Shown here: positions 1 to 9,578 of the stretch, piece by piece
Layout of the letters: the number at the start of each line of letters is the position of its first letter
Numbering within the stretch: the stretch's first letter is position 1
DNA from: Candidatus Omnitrophota bacterium
Lineage (GTDB): Bacteria > Omnitrophota > Gorgyraeia > Gygaellales > UBA12090
Length of the DNA stretch: 64,000 bases
Assembly (NCBI GenBank): GCA_030674475.1
Contig: JAUSCZ010000022.1
Span: 2,628-66,627 of the forward strand
Direction: 5' to 3'
Position numbers and translations under genes: made by a program
The notes under the pieces: model-generated
What the model saw: only the letters and a program-made list of their open reading frames with translations
The model's database searches: none
What the model was told of the DNA's origin: nothing

Positions 1-340
1 ATTATCTGAGCGCGGTATTTATTTATCTTGGGGTTATCGGCGATAAGCACACTGTCAATGTTTTCTATTTTGTATCCGGCCTGGGTTATTTTCTGATGGA
101 CTATGGCTAATAACTTCAGGCTGGGAATATCTTTATATTTGTCGTCACTATTCGGGAAATTGACCCCAATATCTTCTAATCCCGCGCTGCCTAAGAGCGC
201 GTCACAGATGGCATGGGTAAGGACATCCCCATCAGAATGAGCCAGCAGGCCTTTTTCAAAAGGTATTTCCAGGCCGCCTAAAATCAGCTTTCTTCCGGAA
301 ACTAAACGGTGGATATCGTAACCTATGCCTATCCTAAACA
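1..340 (-). CDS. ispF: 2-C-methyl-D-erythritol 2,4-cyclodiphosphate synthase (3' end truncated by window edge)
   Basis: Own minus-strand translation gives MFRIGIGYDIHRLVSGRKLILGGLEIPFEKGLLAHSDGDVLTHAICDALLGSAG..., the classic IspF signature. The ATG is at 338-340 and the ORF runs off the window start. It follows ispD, as in the B. subtilis ispD-ispF arrangement. Confidence 0.8.
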
Positions 341-403
341 TAACTTAACCAAAAATTTGCAATAATGAAATGGATTCTGTAGGGACTGCACAATGTGCTG
401 TCC

Positions 404-1177
404 CTACTTTAAAATGGCCCGGGCAAATACCAAATCCTCAGGGGTGGTAATCTTGATATTAAAATAAGAGCCTAAAACCACCTTTACTCTTACTCCTGTT
501 TTTTCTACTAAGGAGGCATCGTCGGTTGCCTCTAGATGTCTGTATTTTTTATACGCGTTTATCAGGGTATCTTTTTTAAAAACCTGGGGGGTTTGAATTT
601 CCCAGATATTTTTCCTATCCAGGGTTTCGGATATTTCGTAATTATCTGTTACGCGTTTTAAAGTTGATTTGGAAGGGATAGCGCACACCGCCGCCTGATT
701 AACTTTGGCCGCTTTTACTATTTTGATAATTAATTCTCGTGAGATAAACGGCCTGACCGCGTCATGCACCAGGATAAAATCCGTATCTTTACCTATATGT
801 TTTAAGCAATTGTTTACGGAATCCCGGCGGGTTTTTCCTCCCGGGACTAAAAAGATTTCTTTCTTTATTTTGTATAGCTTTAAAGCCCGCTTAAACTTAC
901 CTAATCCCTCCGGATTGACCGCGATGATAATTCTTTGTATCAAGTCGAGCTTGGCTAATGCTAATAAGGTATGAATGAGTAGGGGTTTTCCGTTTATCTT
1001 TACCAACGGCTTAAGGGTTTTTGATTTCAGCCTCCTGCCGTATCCGGCCGCGGGGATAATCGCTTCAAGATTACCCCTCCCCGCCTCCCCTTGGTAAGGG
1101 GAGGATTTCTTCCCTCCCCGCCTCCCCTTGGTAAGGGGAGGATTTCTTACCCCGCTCTTTCTTGCTGCAGGATACAT
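404..1177 (-). CDS. ispD: 2-C-methyl-D-erythritol 4-phosphate cytidylyltransferase. The 5' coding region carries two tandem in-frame copies of a 38-bp palindromic repeat.
   Basis: Motif IIPAAGYGRRL...VHDAVRPF is typical of IspD. The only canonical start is ATG 1175-1177, immediately after the yacL stop. The N-terminal ~38 aa are encoded by the repeat (..KKSSPYQGEAGRG..). Confidence 0.8.
   Translation of the reverse strand: MYPAARKSGVRNPPLTKGRRGGKKSSPYQGEAGRGNLEAIIPAAGYGRRLKSKTLKPLVKINGKPLLIHTLLALAKLDLIQRIIIAVNPEGLGKFKRALKLYKIKKEIFLVPGGKTRRDSVNNCLKHIGKDTDFILVHDAVRPFISRELIIKIVKAAKVNQAAVCAIPSKSTLKRVTDNYEISETLDRKNIWEIQTPQVFKKDTLINAYKKYRHLEATDDASLVEKTGVRVKVVLGSYFNIKITTPEDLVFARAILK
1074..1148. repeat. 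Two tandem copies (1074-1111, 1112-1148) of a palindromic MITE/REP-like element CCCCTCCCCGCCTCCCCTTGGTAAGGGGAGGATTTCTT
   Basis: Near-identical direct tandem copies, each containing the inverted repeat CCTCCCCTT-GGTA-AGGGGAGG. The same element recurs at 40058-40095 and 46811-46848. Confidence 0.8.
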
Positions 1178-1178
1178 C

Positions 1179-2159
1179 TTACCGATTTTCCATCTTGGTA
1201 AAGATCATCCTGCCGGCCTGGGTTTGAAGCACCGAGGTTACTGCTACTTTCATTGTCTGTCCGATAAACTTTCTGCCCTCTTCAACCACTACCATAGTTC
1301 CGTCTTCCAGATAGCCTATGGCCTGGTTATGCTCTTTTCCTTCCTTAATCAGCTTGATCTCCATTGTTTCACCCGGAAAGACTACCGGCTTAAGGGCATT
1401 AGCCAGCTCGTTGATATTTAAAACCCGCACATTCTGGATGGTGGCTACCCGGTTCAGGTTGAAATCCACGGTGAGCACCATTGCCCCCAAGAGCTTGGCT
1501 AATTTTACTAACTTAGCGTCCACCTCCGGGACATCCGGAAAGTCCTCCTCATGAATAGTCAGATGCACGCCTAAGTCCTTCTGGATGGTGTTAAGCACCT
1601 CCAGGCCGCGCCTGCCGCGCTGCCTTTTAATCGGGTCAGAGGAGTCGGCTATCTGCTGGAGCTCTTTAAGGACAAACCTGGGCACAATGAGTTTGCCTTC
1701 AAGAAATTTTGTTTTGCAGATATCGGTAATTCTTCCGTCAATTATTACGCTGGTGTCAATCACAATCATAGACTCGGATTCATCCTGGCGGCTCAGGCGC
1801 ACATAAGGAATAATAATGTTGAATTCGTCTTTTCCCCGGATAGCCATAATCATCCCCAGATAACAGAATATAAAGGTCATAATAGCCCGGATAATCTTTA
1901 GATTTTCCTGTAAAGGGCCAAAAAGGATGATTGCCTCATATACTATCCTGGACATAACTAAACCTAAAAGCAGGCCAAAAACGGCGCTGGATAATCCCCT
2001 TACTGAGATTCTGCGCATTCCGATTTCAAATAAAATAATCAGTACCCCGGCAAACCCTCCCGCCAGCATCTTGATCCAGCCGTTGGCCGGTCCGCCGGTC
2101 TGATAACCGATCAGTGTGGCTCCCACGATAAAAAGTATACGGATAAATAATAAGGTCAT
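1179..2159 (-). CDS. YacL-like membrane protein with PIN and TRAM domains
   Basis: N-terminal TM helices, then a PIN-like region ([14 protein letters not shown]) and a C-terminal TRAM-like region. It sits between radA and ispD, matching B. subtilis radA-disA-yacL-ispD synteny (disA absent here). Confidence 0.6.
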   Translation of the reverse strand: MTLLFIRILFIVGATLIGYQTGGPANGWIKMLAGGFAGVLIILFEIGMRRISVRGLSSAVFGLLLGLVMSRIVYEAIILFGPLQENLKIIRAIMTFIFCYLGMIMAIRGKDEFNIIIPYVRLSRQDESESMIVIDTSVIIDGRITDICKTKFLEGKLIVPRFVLKELQQIADSSDPIKRQRGRRGLEVLNTIQKDLGVHLTIHEEDFPDVPEVDAKLVKLAKLLGAMVLTVDFNLNRVATIQNVRVLNINELANALKPVVFPGETMEIKLIKEGKEHNQAIGYLEDGTMVVVEEGRKFIGQTMKVAVTSVLQTQAGRMIFTKMENR

Positions 2160-2200
2160 TTTAGGTTATTCCTCTCTTTTTATGAGTTATATATTAAATT

Positions 2201-3577
2201 TTAGTTATTAAATACAACTTCCATCGCTTCCTGGATGTTTCTTACCGGTGTAACCTCAATATCAAATTTATCCTCGGGACTTAGGTTATCCTTAGGGACG
2301 AGGCACTGCGTGAAGCCTAACTTTTGGGCCTCTTTTATTCTTAAAGGAAGTTGAGCAACATTGCGGATTTCCGCGGCCAGCCCGATTTCCCCAATCAGGA
2401 CCGCATTATCTTTTATAATCTTTTCTTTAAAGCTGGAGATAATCACCATGGCCACGGCTAAATCGCAGGAGGGGTCATCTACCTTTATTCCTCCTACTAC
2501 GTTAATAAAGACATCGTCATTTTCTAAATGCAGGCCCAGTTTTTTTTCTAAGACCGCGATCAGCATATTCAGCCGGTTATAATCAAAACCCTCGGCCTTG
2601 CGGCTGGCATAGCCAAAAGCGCTTCGGGATACCAGGGCCTGGATTTCTAAAAGCAGGGGCCGGGTCCCCTCTAAAACCGAGGTAACCACGGAACCTGAGG
2701 AATTTTTAGGCCTTTGAGCCAGGAATATCCGCGATGGGTTCAGCACTTCTTCCAGGCCGGATGAACCCATCTGGAAGACTCCAATCTCATTGGTTGAGCC
2801 GAAACGGTTTTTTACCGCCCGGAGTATCCGGTAAGAAGAATACCTTTCTCCTTCAAAATAGAGCACAGTGTCTACGATATGTTCTAAGACCCGCGGCCCG
2901 GCAATCATCCCTTCTTTGGTAACATGGCCGATGATAAACATTGATATACCCTGGGCCTTGGCTAATCGGGTTAAGGTGTTGGAACATTCCCTGACCTGGC
3001 CTACTGAGCCGGGACTGGAGGAGATATCCGGATTAAAGATGACCTGGATAGAGTCAATAAAGACGGCATTGGGCTTTACTTTTTTGATATATTCAAGTAT
3101 CTGGGAGAGGTTGGTTTGATTTACGATGTAGATATTTTCGCTGGAGCTGATATTTAATCTCTCGGAGCGCAGTTTGGTCTGCTGGATGGATTCCTCCGCG
3201 CTGACATAAAGTATCTTTATTCCCAATCCCGCCAGTTGAGCTGAAATCTGTAAAGATAGGGTGGATTTACCTATTCCCGGGTCTCCTCCCAGAAGGGTAA
3301 CCGCGCCCTTGACCACCCCTCCTCCTAAAACCCGGTCTAATTCCAGGATGCCGGTTTTGATCCGCATTTCTTCTTTGTTCTCTATGTCTTTGAGAAGGAT
3401 TGGCTCAGAGATATAAAATTCGTTGATTCGCGAAGAATCCGTTTTCGCGGTTAATTTCGGTTCGATAAAATCTTCTTCAACAAAGGAGTTCCAGGAGGAG
3501 CAGTCCGGACACCGGCCTAACCACTTTGCCGACTGATGCCCGCAGTTCTGACAGGAGAAAATAACCTTGGTTTTCAT
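2201..3577 (-). CDS. radA: DNA repair protein RadA/Sms
   Basis: N-terminal zinc ribbon CQNCGHQSAKWLGRCPDCSSWNS, Walker A GGDPGIGKSTL, KNRFG motif and Lon-like C-terminus, 458 aa. Confidence 0.9.
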   Translation of the reverse strand: MKTKVIFSCQNCGHQSAKWLGRCPDCSSWNSFVEEDFIEPKLTAKTDSSRINEFYISEPILLKDIENKEEMRIKTGILELDRVLGGGVVKGAVTLLGGDPGIGKSTLSLQISAQLAGLGIKILYVSAEESIQQTKLRSERLNISSSENIYIVNQTNLSQILEYIKKVKPNAVFIDSIQVIFNPDISSSPGSVGQVRECSNTLTRLAKAQGISMFIIGHVTKEGMIAGPRVLEHIVDTVLYFEGERYSSYRILRAVKNRFGSTNEIGVFQMGSSGLEEVLNPSRIFLAQRPKNSSGSVVTSVLEGTRPLLLEIQALVSRSAFGYASRKAEGFDYNRLNMLIAVLEKKLGLHLENDDVFINVVGGIKVDDPSCDLAVAMVIISSFKEKIIKDNAVLIGEIGLAAEIRNVAQLPLRIKEAQKLGFTQCLVPKDNLSPEDKFDIEVTPVRNIQEAMEVVFNN

Positions 3578-3584
3578 AGTATTA

Positions 3585-4220
3585 TTATTTCTTTTTTTCT
3601 TTAGTTTTAAAAAACAGTTTCCAGGGATGGCGCTTTAGGTCGTCGGTCAGCTCTTCGATGTTTTTATAGACCGTCTCGTCAGAAAAAAACTTTCCGATAG
3701 TGCCTTCTCCGGTTTTTATCCCGGACAATATCTCATTAAGGCCGGTAACCGCTTCATCGGTTTTTGAGACTAATTCTTTTATCTCTTTGGTGATTTCTTC
3801 CATTGGTATCGGATCCTGCCCAAGAATAGTGTCGTTTTCTTTAAGTGTGTGGTTATAATCTTTGCCCGGCATTATTTCAATATATTTTTCGCCTAAAAGC
3901 CCCAGGGTATTTATCCAGACCGCGGAATCAGAAGGAATTTGGGCGTCTTTATTTACCCAGACCCGCACCCCCACCTTGGTGGTTTTTGATTCTGAGTCAG
4001 AGAAAATCTTTATGCTTTTGATCTCGCCGATATCTACCCCGGAAAACCGGGTGGGGGCGCCTATTTTGAGTCCGTTGGCAAAGCCAAAGATTATGTCAAA
4101 TTTATAGCCGGGCTTGATAATTTGAAAATCACGGATAAAAAAAACAAAAATGGTCAGGATGATCAGGCCGATAATTATGAATAACCCGACAAATAATTCT
4201 ACTCGTGATTTCGCGGTCAT
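3585..4220 (-). CDS. mlaD: MCE-domain protein, MlaD-like periplasmic component of the phospholipid ABC transporter
   Basis: N-terminal TM anchor plus MCE domain (KPGYKFDIIFGFANGLKIGAPTRFSGVDIGEIKSI). Last gene of an mlaE-mlaF-mlaD operon. Confidence 0.7.
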   Translation of the reverse strand: MTAKSRVELFVGLFIIIGLIILTIFVFFIRDFQIIKPGYKFDIIFGFANGLKIGAPTRFSGVDIGEIKSIKIFSDSESKTTKVGVRVWVNKDAQIPSDSAVWINTLGLLGEKYIEIMPGKDYNHTLKENDTILGQDPIPMEEITKEIKELVSKTDEAVTGLNEILSGIKTGEGTIGKFFSDETVYKNIEELTDDLKRHPWKLFFKTKEKKK

Positions 4221-4233
4221 TTATGTTCCTCCA

Positions 4234-4995
4234 TTAAATGCACTTATCTATGGTTTCGGTAATCGGCCCCTTGGCCAGGCCGTTAATGAACTGATAGACT
4301 ACCGGATGATTTGTCTGTTGTATCTCTTCTGCCGAGCCCTCAGCGATAATTTTCCCATGATACAACATAGCGATTTTGTCAGCAATCCTGTAGGCGCTTT
4401 TCATATCGTGGGTAACCACAATAGAGGTTACTTTTAATTTATCGTGAAGGCTGCGGATAAGCTCATTAATGCTGTCAGCGGTTATAGGGTCAACGCCGGT
4501 AGTAGGCTCGTCATAGAGGATGATCTCCGGGTTGACGCATAAAGCCCTGGCAATAGCTACCCGTTTTTTCATTCCGCCGCTCAATTCTGAAGGTAAAAGT
4601 TTTTGTATGCCGCAGAGTTCCACATTGCTAAGGGATTCCTCTACCCGATGCTCGATTTCCCGCGCGCCTAATTTAGAGTATTCATACAAGGTAAAACCCA
4701 CATTTTCACCCACAGTGAGGGAGTCAAACAATGCCCCTCCCTGAAAGACCATGGCCATGCGCATCCTTAGCTTATTCAGTTCTTTAGATGAAATTTTAGC
4801 GATATTCTTTCCGTCAATAATAATCTCTCCGCTCTCAGGCCTTAAGACGCCCATAATATGCTTTAAGAGGACGCTTTTGCCGCAGCCGGAGCGGCCGATA
4901 ATCACCTTGGTTTCTCCATCGGCTATGTTCAGGCTTAAGCCCTTTAAAATTTTGCTGGAGTTAAAATTTTTATATATATTTTTGATTTCAATCAT
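4234..4995 (-). CDS. mlaF: ABC transporter ATP-binding protein, MlaF-like
   Basis: Walker A GRSGCGKS, ABC signature LSGGMKKRVAIARAL, Walker B ILYDEPTTGVD. Flanked by the MlaE permease and MlaD. Confidence 0.8.
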   Translation of the reverse strand: MIEIKNIYKNFNSSKILKGLSLNIADGETKVIIGRSGCGKSVLLKHIMGVLRPESGEIIIDGKNIAKISSKELNKLRMRMAMVFQGGALFDSLTVGENVGFTLYEYSKLGAREIEHRVEESLSNVELCGIQKLLPSELSGGMKKRVAIARALCVNPEIILYDEPTTGVDPITADSINELIRSLHDKLKVTSIVVTHDMKSAYRIADKIAMLYHGKIIAEGSAEEIQQTNHPVVYQFINGLAKGPITETIDKCI

Positions 4996-5140
4996 AGCAA
5001 CCGCGGAAGCGCAGAATAACCCTTAAATATGCTGTTTTTACCGCAGAAGCGCAGAATAACCCTTAAATATGCTGTTTTCCACAGAGACACAGAACTCTGC
5101 GTCTCTGTGGTTACATCTCTATTTAGAGTCATTCTGCGTC
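4996..5140. repeat. Intercistronic tandem repeat plus hairpin array between mlaE and mlaF
   Basis: Direct repeat CCGC(G/A)GAAGCGCAGAATAACCCTTAAATATGCTGTTTT x2 (4996-5038, 5040-5080). It is followed by the palindrome CACAGAGACACAGAACTCTGCGTCTCTGTGG and a third inverted copy ATTCTGCGTCTCTGCGG. Confidence 0.7.
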
Positions 5141-5147
5141 TCTGCGG

Positions 5148-5942
5148 TTACGGAAAGATAAAATAAAATATCGCGGTAAACACGCAGTCAGCCGCGATAA
5201 TCAGAATGAAGCTGGTTACTACTGAAAGGGTGGTAGCTTTACCTACGCCTTCGGCTCCGCCTTCGGTGCGCATACCCTCCAGACAGCCGACCATCGCGAT
5301 TATCATCCCAAAAATCAGGGTTTTAAATAAGCCTGTAGTTACGTCTTTAATCTGCAGGGAATCAAAGGTCATGTTCAGATACATACTTGACCTTATGCCT
5401 AAGCGGTAAACACAAATGAGATACCCTCCAATAATTCCCACCAGATTGGCATACATCGTTAATACCGGAACCATAAAGGTAAAAGCCAAAAAGCGCGGCA
5501 CCACCAGATATTTTATCGGGTTAGCGGCCAGGGTCTCTAAAGCGTCTATCTGTTCGGTTACTTTCATTGTGCCCAATTCGGCGGTTATGGCCGCCCCGCA
5601 CCTCCCGGCAACTATCAGGCTGGTGATTACCGGCCCCAGTTCCCGGACGATAGAGAGGGCGACAATGTTAGCGATATAAATCTCGCTGGAAAGCTTTTGC
5701 ATCTGGTAGGCGGTCTGCAGGGCCAGAATTACTCCGATGAAAAAGGCGACCAAGGAAACAATCGGCAGGCTCTCTACTCCGATAATAAAGGCCTGGCGCA
5801 TGATTCTTTGGCCCTTTAAAGGCGGGATAAATATCCAATAGAGCGTTTTAAAAAAAAGCCTGGTGAGCGCGCCCACATAGTCAACATAATATACTATGTG
5901 GGCGCCAACCTTATGAGCAAAGCTAATAATATTTTTAGCCAT
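5148..5942 (-). CDS. mlaE: ABC transporter permease, MlaE/YrbE family
   Basis: 264 aa, multi-TM, MlaE-like conserved core (LSVVTSFILIIAADCVFT...). First gene of the mla operon. Confidence 0.75.
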   Translation of the reverse strand: MAKNIISFAHKVGAHIVYYVDYVGALTRLFFKTLYWIFIPPLKGQRIMRQAFIIGVESLPIVSLVAFFIGVILALQTAYQMQKLSSEIYIANIVALSIVRELGPVITSLIVAGRCGAAITAELGTMKVTEQIDALETLAANPIKYLVVPRFLAFTFMVPVLTMYANLVGIIGGYLICVYRLGIRSSMYLNMTFDSLQIKDVTTGLFKTLIFGMIIAMVGCLEGMRTEGGAEGVGKATTLSVVTSFILIIAADCVFTAIFYFIFP

Positions 5943-5974
5943 AGTTTTTAACGCTACATGCTATATGCCATACG

Positions 5975-6991
5975 CTAAAACTTTACCGTCTTCTGCCATC
6001 CCAGGGTCTCGTCCTGATTCTTGATGCGCATCTTAAGCGCCTGGTTGTTCTTTAACGGATACGCCGCCTCCACGATATCCTTTCCTTCGTAATCAATATT
6101 ATGCTTGATTATCCAATCCTGGATAAGCATAATATTATTTGCCGAATGGACGGTTACCTGGTGCTGGGGAGAGCCAAGATTAGATAGCTCTAAAAGATTA
6201 AATTGCCCTTTTAATTCGTAGGCCGCTCCGTTTACCTCGTTTATTTGGGCGTCCTCTAAGCGCATAACCGGAAAAATTCCTCCCAGGGTGAATTTCGCGC
6301 TGTTGAATTTAACCTCTCCCGCCCCGCCGTCAAGAGCGGTTAATTTAGCTTCTATCTTTATCGCCTCCTTGGGGCCTTTTAGCCGTATTTCTCCGGATAC
6401 CTTACCGGATAAAGCGGTATCTTTGGGATTAATGCCCAGGAGCCCGGCCAGTTCATCCAGGGCCATTTCTTTAATGGTTAAAGAGAGGTCAAAATCAGGG
6501 TTAGAAAAAAGAGTGCCGTCCGGGTTTCTTTTGATGTCTCCTTTTATTTCTATATCCGCCCAGCTGAGCGCCTTAATGGTCAGGCCGCTGTCGTTTATTT
6601 CATAATCCGCGGAGAATTCTTTTAGAGGTTTAAAATTAAGCAATGAAGCCTGGGTCCAGGCCTTTCCTTTTACCGCTTTTATTTTCCCGCTTCCCGCTTT
6701 TATAATTATGCCGCTGGAGTAAAAATCGCAAGATATATCGCTTTTACCGAATCTTACATGTTTTAAAGATACGTGTAGGCTGTAGTTATCGCCTTGCGTA
6801 TTTCCCGCGGCTGAAAGCATGCCTTGTTCTTTCAGGTCAAAGATGAAAGAGGCGTATTGGCTGAAGAAATCAATCCTGCCGTCGAAGGTTTTGGTTTCCT
6901 GGGCTAAGGCTTCCTTAGACAGGATACTTAAGCCGACACAGCAGAAAAGAAAAATCAGGATCCTAAAAGTTTTATTCAAACACCAGGGCAT
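5975..6991 (-). CDS. Hypothetical secreted protein (possibly AsmA-like), 338 aa from the Met at residue 9 of the track ORF
   Basis: Signal-peptide-like N-terminus [32 protein letters not shown] and no recognisable catalytic motif. Lies between clpC and the mla operon. The track ORF starts 24 nt earlier. Confidence 0.5.
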   Translation of the reverse strand: MPWCLNKTFRILIFLFCCVGLSILSKEALAQETKTFDGRIDFFSQYASFIFDLKEQGMLSAAGNTQGDNYSLHVSLKHVRFGKSDISCDFYSSGIIIKAGSGKIKAVKGKAWTQASLLNFKPLKEFSADYEINDSGLTIKALSWADIEIKGDIKRNPDGTLFSNPDFDLSLTIKEMALDELAGLLGINPKDTALSGKVSGEIRLKGPKEAIKIEAKLTALDGGAGEVKFNSAKFTLGGIFPVMRLEDAQINEVNGAAYELKGQFNLLELSNLGSPQHQVTVHSANNIMLIQDWIIKHNIDYEGKDIVEAAYPLKNNQALKMRIKNQDETLGWQKTVKF

Positions 6992-9401
6992 CGTTTTTTT
7001 TGTCCACCCGGACATTAGAGCCTTCCCTAAAACGTTTAGTGATGATCTCTTGAGCCAGAGGATCCTCCACGAACCTCTGGATTATCCTTTTTAAAGGCCT
7101 GGCCCCAAAGACCGGGTCAAAACCTTTTTCAATCAGGAAATCTTTGGCGGCCGGGGTAAGCTCCAGGTTAATCTTTTGCTCCGTAAGCCTTTGGGTAAGA
7201 TAAGCCAGCTCAATATCCACAATTATATGCAGGTCCCCTTTGACTAAGGGCCTGAAGACGATTATATCATCAATCCGGTTAAGAAACTCTGGCTTGAAGG
7301 CGTGCTTTACCTCACCCAAGAGCTTTTCTTTCATTTCCTGATAAGTCAATTCCTCTTTTTGGGATTTGAAGCCTAAAGAGCCTTGCTTGCGGATAAGTTC
7401 CGCCCCAACATTAGAGGTCATAATCACTACGGTATTACGGAAGTCTATCTTTCGGCCGAAGCTGTCCGTGAGCCGTCCGTCTTCAAACACCTGCAATAAC
7501 AGGTTAAAGACATCAGGATGGGCCTTTTCAATTTCATCTAAAAGGATGACCGAATAGGGCCGGCGCCTGACCTTTTCAGTCAACTGTCCGCCTTCCTCAT
7601 AGCCCACATATCCCGGAGGAGCGCCGATTAGCCGGGAGATATTGTGTTTTTCCATATATTCGGACATATCTATCTGAATTAGGGATTCTTCATCGCCGAA
7701 CATAAACTCAGCCAGGGCCCGGGCTAAGAGGGTTTTACCTACGCCGGTCGGCCCTAAGAAAATGAATGAGCCGATAGGCCGGCGGGGGTCTTTAATCCCG
7801 GCCCGGGAACGCCGGGTGGCATTAGCAATTGCCGAGATGGCCTCTTCCTGGCCAACTACCCGCTTATGCAGATTTTCTTCAATTTTAAGTAGTTTTTCGC
7901 CCTCCTTTTCCTCTAAACGAAAAAGTGGGATTCTTGTCCATTGCGAAACTATCTTGGCAATGCTTTCGTAGTCTATCTGGGGGCGCATCTGGTCTTTCTT
8001 TTGGCTCCACTCCTTATTTACCTTCTCCAGTTCCAGGCGGGCCTGCCTTTCCTGGTCGCGCAGGGCCGCGGCCTTTTCAAAATCCTGGGATTTTATCAGG
8101 GCTTCCTTTTCTTTCTTTAAGGCCTCTACTTTTGCCTCAAATTCTTTGATGTCCGGGGGAATTACTAAGACGTTTAACCTGGCCCGGGAACCGGATTCAT
8201 CAATCAGGTCAATGGCTTTATCCGGAAGGAACCGGCCGGAGATATAGCGGTCGGATAATTTCGCCGCCGCCTCTAAAGCCTCATCTAAGAACTTTACTTT
8301 GTGATGGGCTTCGTATTTATCCCTTAAGCCTTTAAGTATCTCAACTGTCTGCGGGACGTTCGGCGGCTCAACCATTATGGTCTGAAATCTTCTTTCCAGG
8401 GCCGCGTCTTTCTCAATGTATTTGCGGTATTCATCCAGGGTAGTGGCGCCGATGCACTGGATTTCTCCCCGGGATAAGGATGGTTTTAAAATATTGGAGG
8501 CATCTATTGCTCCCTCAGCCGCTCCGGCCCCGACTAAGGTATGTAGTTCGTCTATGAATATGATTACATCCTGAGAGCGTTTGATTTCTTCCATTACCGC
8601 CTTAATCCGCTCTTCAAACTGGCCGCGGTATTTAGTCCCGGCAACCATCAGGGCTAAATCCAGGATTATCAGGCGTTTATTTCTTAAGACCTCCGGAATA
8701 TTCTCGTTAACGATTAATTGGGCTAATCCCTCAACAATCGCGGTTTTTCCCACCCCAGCCTCACCCAGAAGCACTGGGTTATTTTTGGTGCGCCGGGATA
8801 AAATCTGGATAATCCGCTCAATCTCAGCTTTGCGGTCAATTACCGGGTCAAGCTTACCTTCTTTGGCGGCCTGGGTAAGATCCCGGCCAAAGGCATCCAG
8901 GGCCGGGGTTTTGGTTTTTCCGTGCGGGGCCTGTTGTTGTTGCTGCGGGCTAAAACCGGGGGTAGCCGCTCCCAGAACCGACATAATTTCGTTCTTTACT
9001 CTTTCTAAATCCAATCCTAAATTAAGCAAAACCTGCGAGGCCACGGACTCGCCCTCCCGGATTATCCCTAACAAGATGTGTTCAGTGCCGATATAATTGT
9101 GGCCCAGGGAACGGGCCTCTTCAGCCGCCAACTCCAGGGCCTTTTTTGCCCTGGGGGTAAAGGGAATATCCCCTAATATCTGGGTGGTTGGCCCGGGCTG
9201 GACCACTTTTTCTACTTCTAAGCGGATGGTTTGCAGGTCTAAGCCCAGTTTTTCTAAGACCGCCGCCGCTACTCCTTCGCCTTCCCGGATTAAACCTAAC
9301 AGTATATGTTCAGTTCCGATATAATCGTGGTTAAAACGCCTGGCCTCCTCTTTAGCTAAAATAATGACCTTTCTTGCTCTTTCAGTAAAACGATTAAACA
9401 T
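6972..9401 (-). CDS. clpC: ATP-dependent Clp protease ATP-binding subunit ClpC
   Basis: Two Clp_N repeats, two AAA+ modules ([18 protein letters not shown]), a UVR-like linker and a ClpB_D2-small C-terminus. The true start is [12 protein letters not shown] at 9401; the track ORF is extended by 17 codons. Confidence 0.9.
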   Translation of the reverse strand: MFNRFTERARKVIILAKEEARRFNHDYIGTEHILLGLIREGEGVAAAVLEKLGLDLQTIRLEVEKVVQPGPTTQILGDIPFTPRAKKALELAAEEARSLGHNYIGTEHILLGIIREGESVASQVLLNLGLDLERVKNEIMSVLGAATPGFSPQQQQQAPHGKTKTPALDAFGRDLTQAAKEGKLDPVIDRKAEIERIIQILSRRTKNNPVLLGEAGVGKTAIVEGLAQLIVNENIPEVLRNKRLIILDLALMVAGTKYRGQFEERIKAVMEEIKRSQDVIIFIDELHTLVGAGAAEGAIDASNILKPSLSRGEIQCIGATTLDEYRKYIEKDAALERRFQTIMVEPPNVPQTVEILKGLRDKYEAHHKVKFLDEALEAAAKLSDRYISGRFLPDKAIDLIDESGSRARLNVLVIPPDIKEFEAKVEALKKEKEALIKSQDFEKAAALRDQERQARLELEKVNKEWSQKKDQMRPQIDYESIAKIVSQWTRIPLFRLEEKEGEKLLKIEENLHKRVVGQEEAISAIANATRRSRAGIKDPRRPIGSFIFLGPTGVGKTLLARALAEFMFGDEESLIQIDMSEYMEKHNISRLIGAPPGYVGYEEGGQLTEKVRRRPYSVILLDEIEKAHPDVFNLLLQVFEDGRLTDSFGRKIDFRNTVVIMTSNVGAELIRKQGSLGFKSQKEELTYQEMKEKLLGEVKHAFKPEFLNRIDDIIVFRPLVKGDLHIIVDIELAYLTQRLTEQKINLELTPAAKDFLIEKGFDPVFGARPLKRIIQRFVEDPLAQEIITKRFREGSNVRVDKKNDALVFE

Positions 9402-9430
9402 CAGTCCTCCCAGGTTAATAGATAAACTGT

Positions 9431-9578
9431 TAAGTAAAAAGTTAAAACGCAAAAGGCAAAACTACAAGGAAAAAGTTAAAGCTGGATTGAAAATAAGTGC
9501 CTTTTTTCACTTTAGTCCTAATTTTACCTTTTGACTTTTGGTTTTACTTTTTTACTTTTACCTTTTTACTTTCATTTT
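9431..9578. repeat. AT-rich long inverted repeat (copy a) between mcsB stop and clpC start
   Basis: The arms TAAGTAAAAAGTTAAAACGCAAAAGGCAAAAC... and ...CCTTTTGACTTTTGGTTTTACTTTTTTACTTTTACCTTTTTACTTTC are largely complementary. Both contain AAGTAAAAAG and AAAAGTCAAAA cores and are related to 11171-11280. Confidence 0.6.

Noticed and set aside
8581-9096. 171-aa plus-strand ORF, and the other plus-strand ORFs in the track (e.g. 37528..37926, 45515..45817, 49650..50078, 58620..59078)
   Set aside because: All are antisense to well-supported minus-strand genes, have no motifs and have odd Ser/Pro/Arg-rich composition. No plus-strand gene is supported anywhere in the window.
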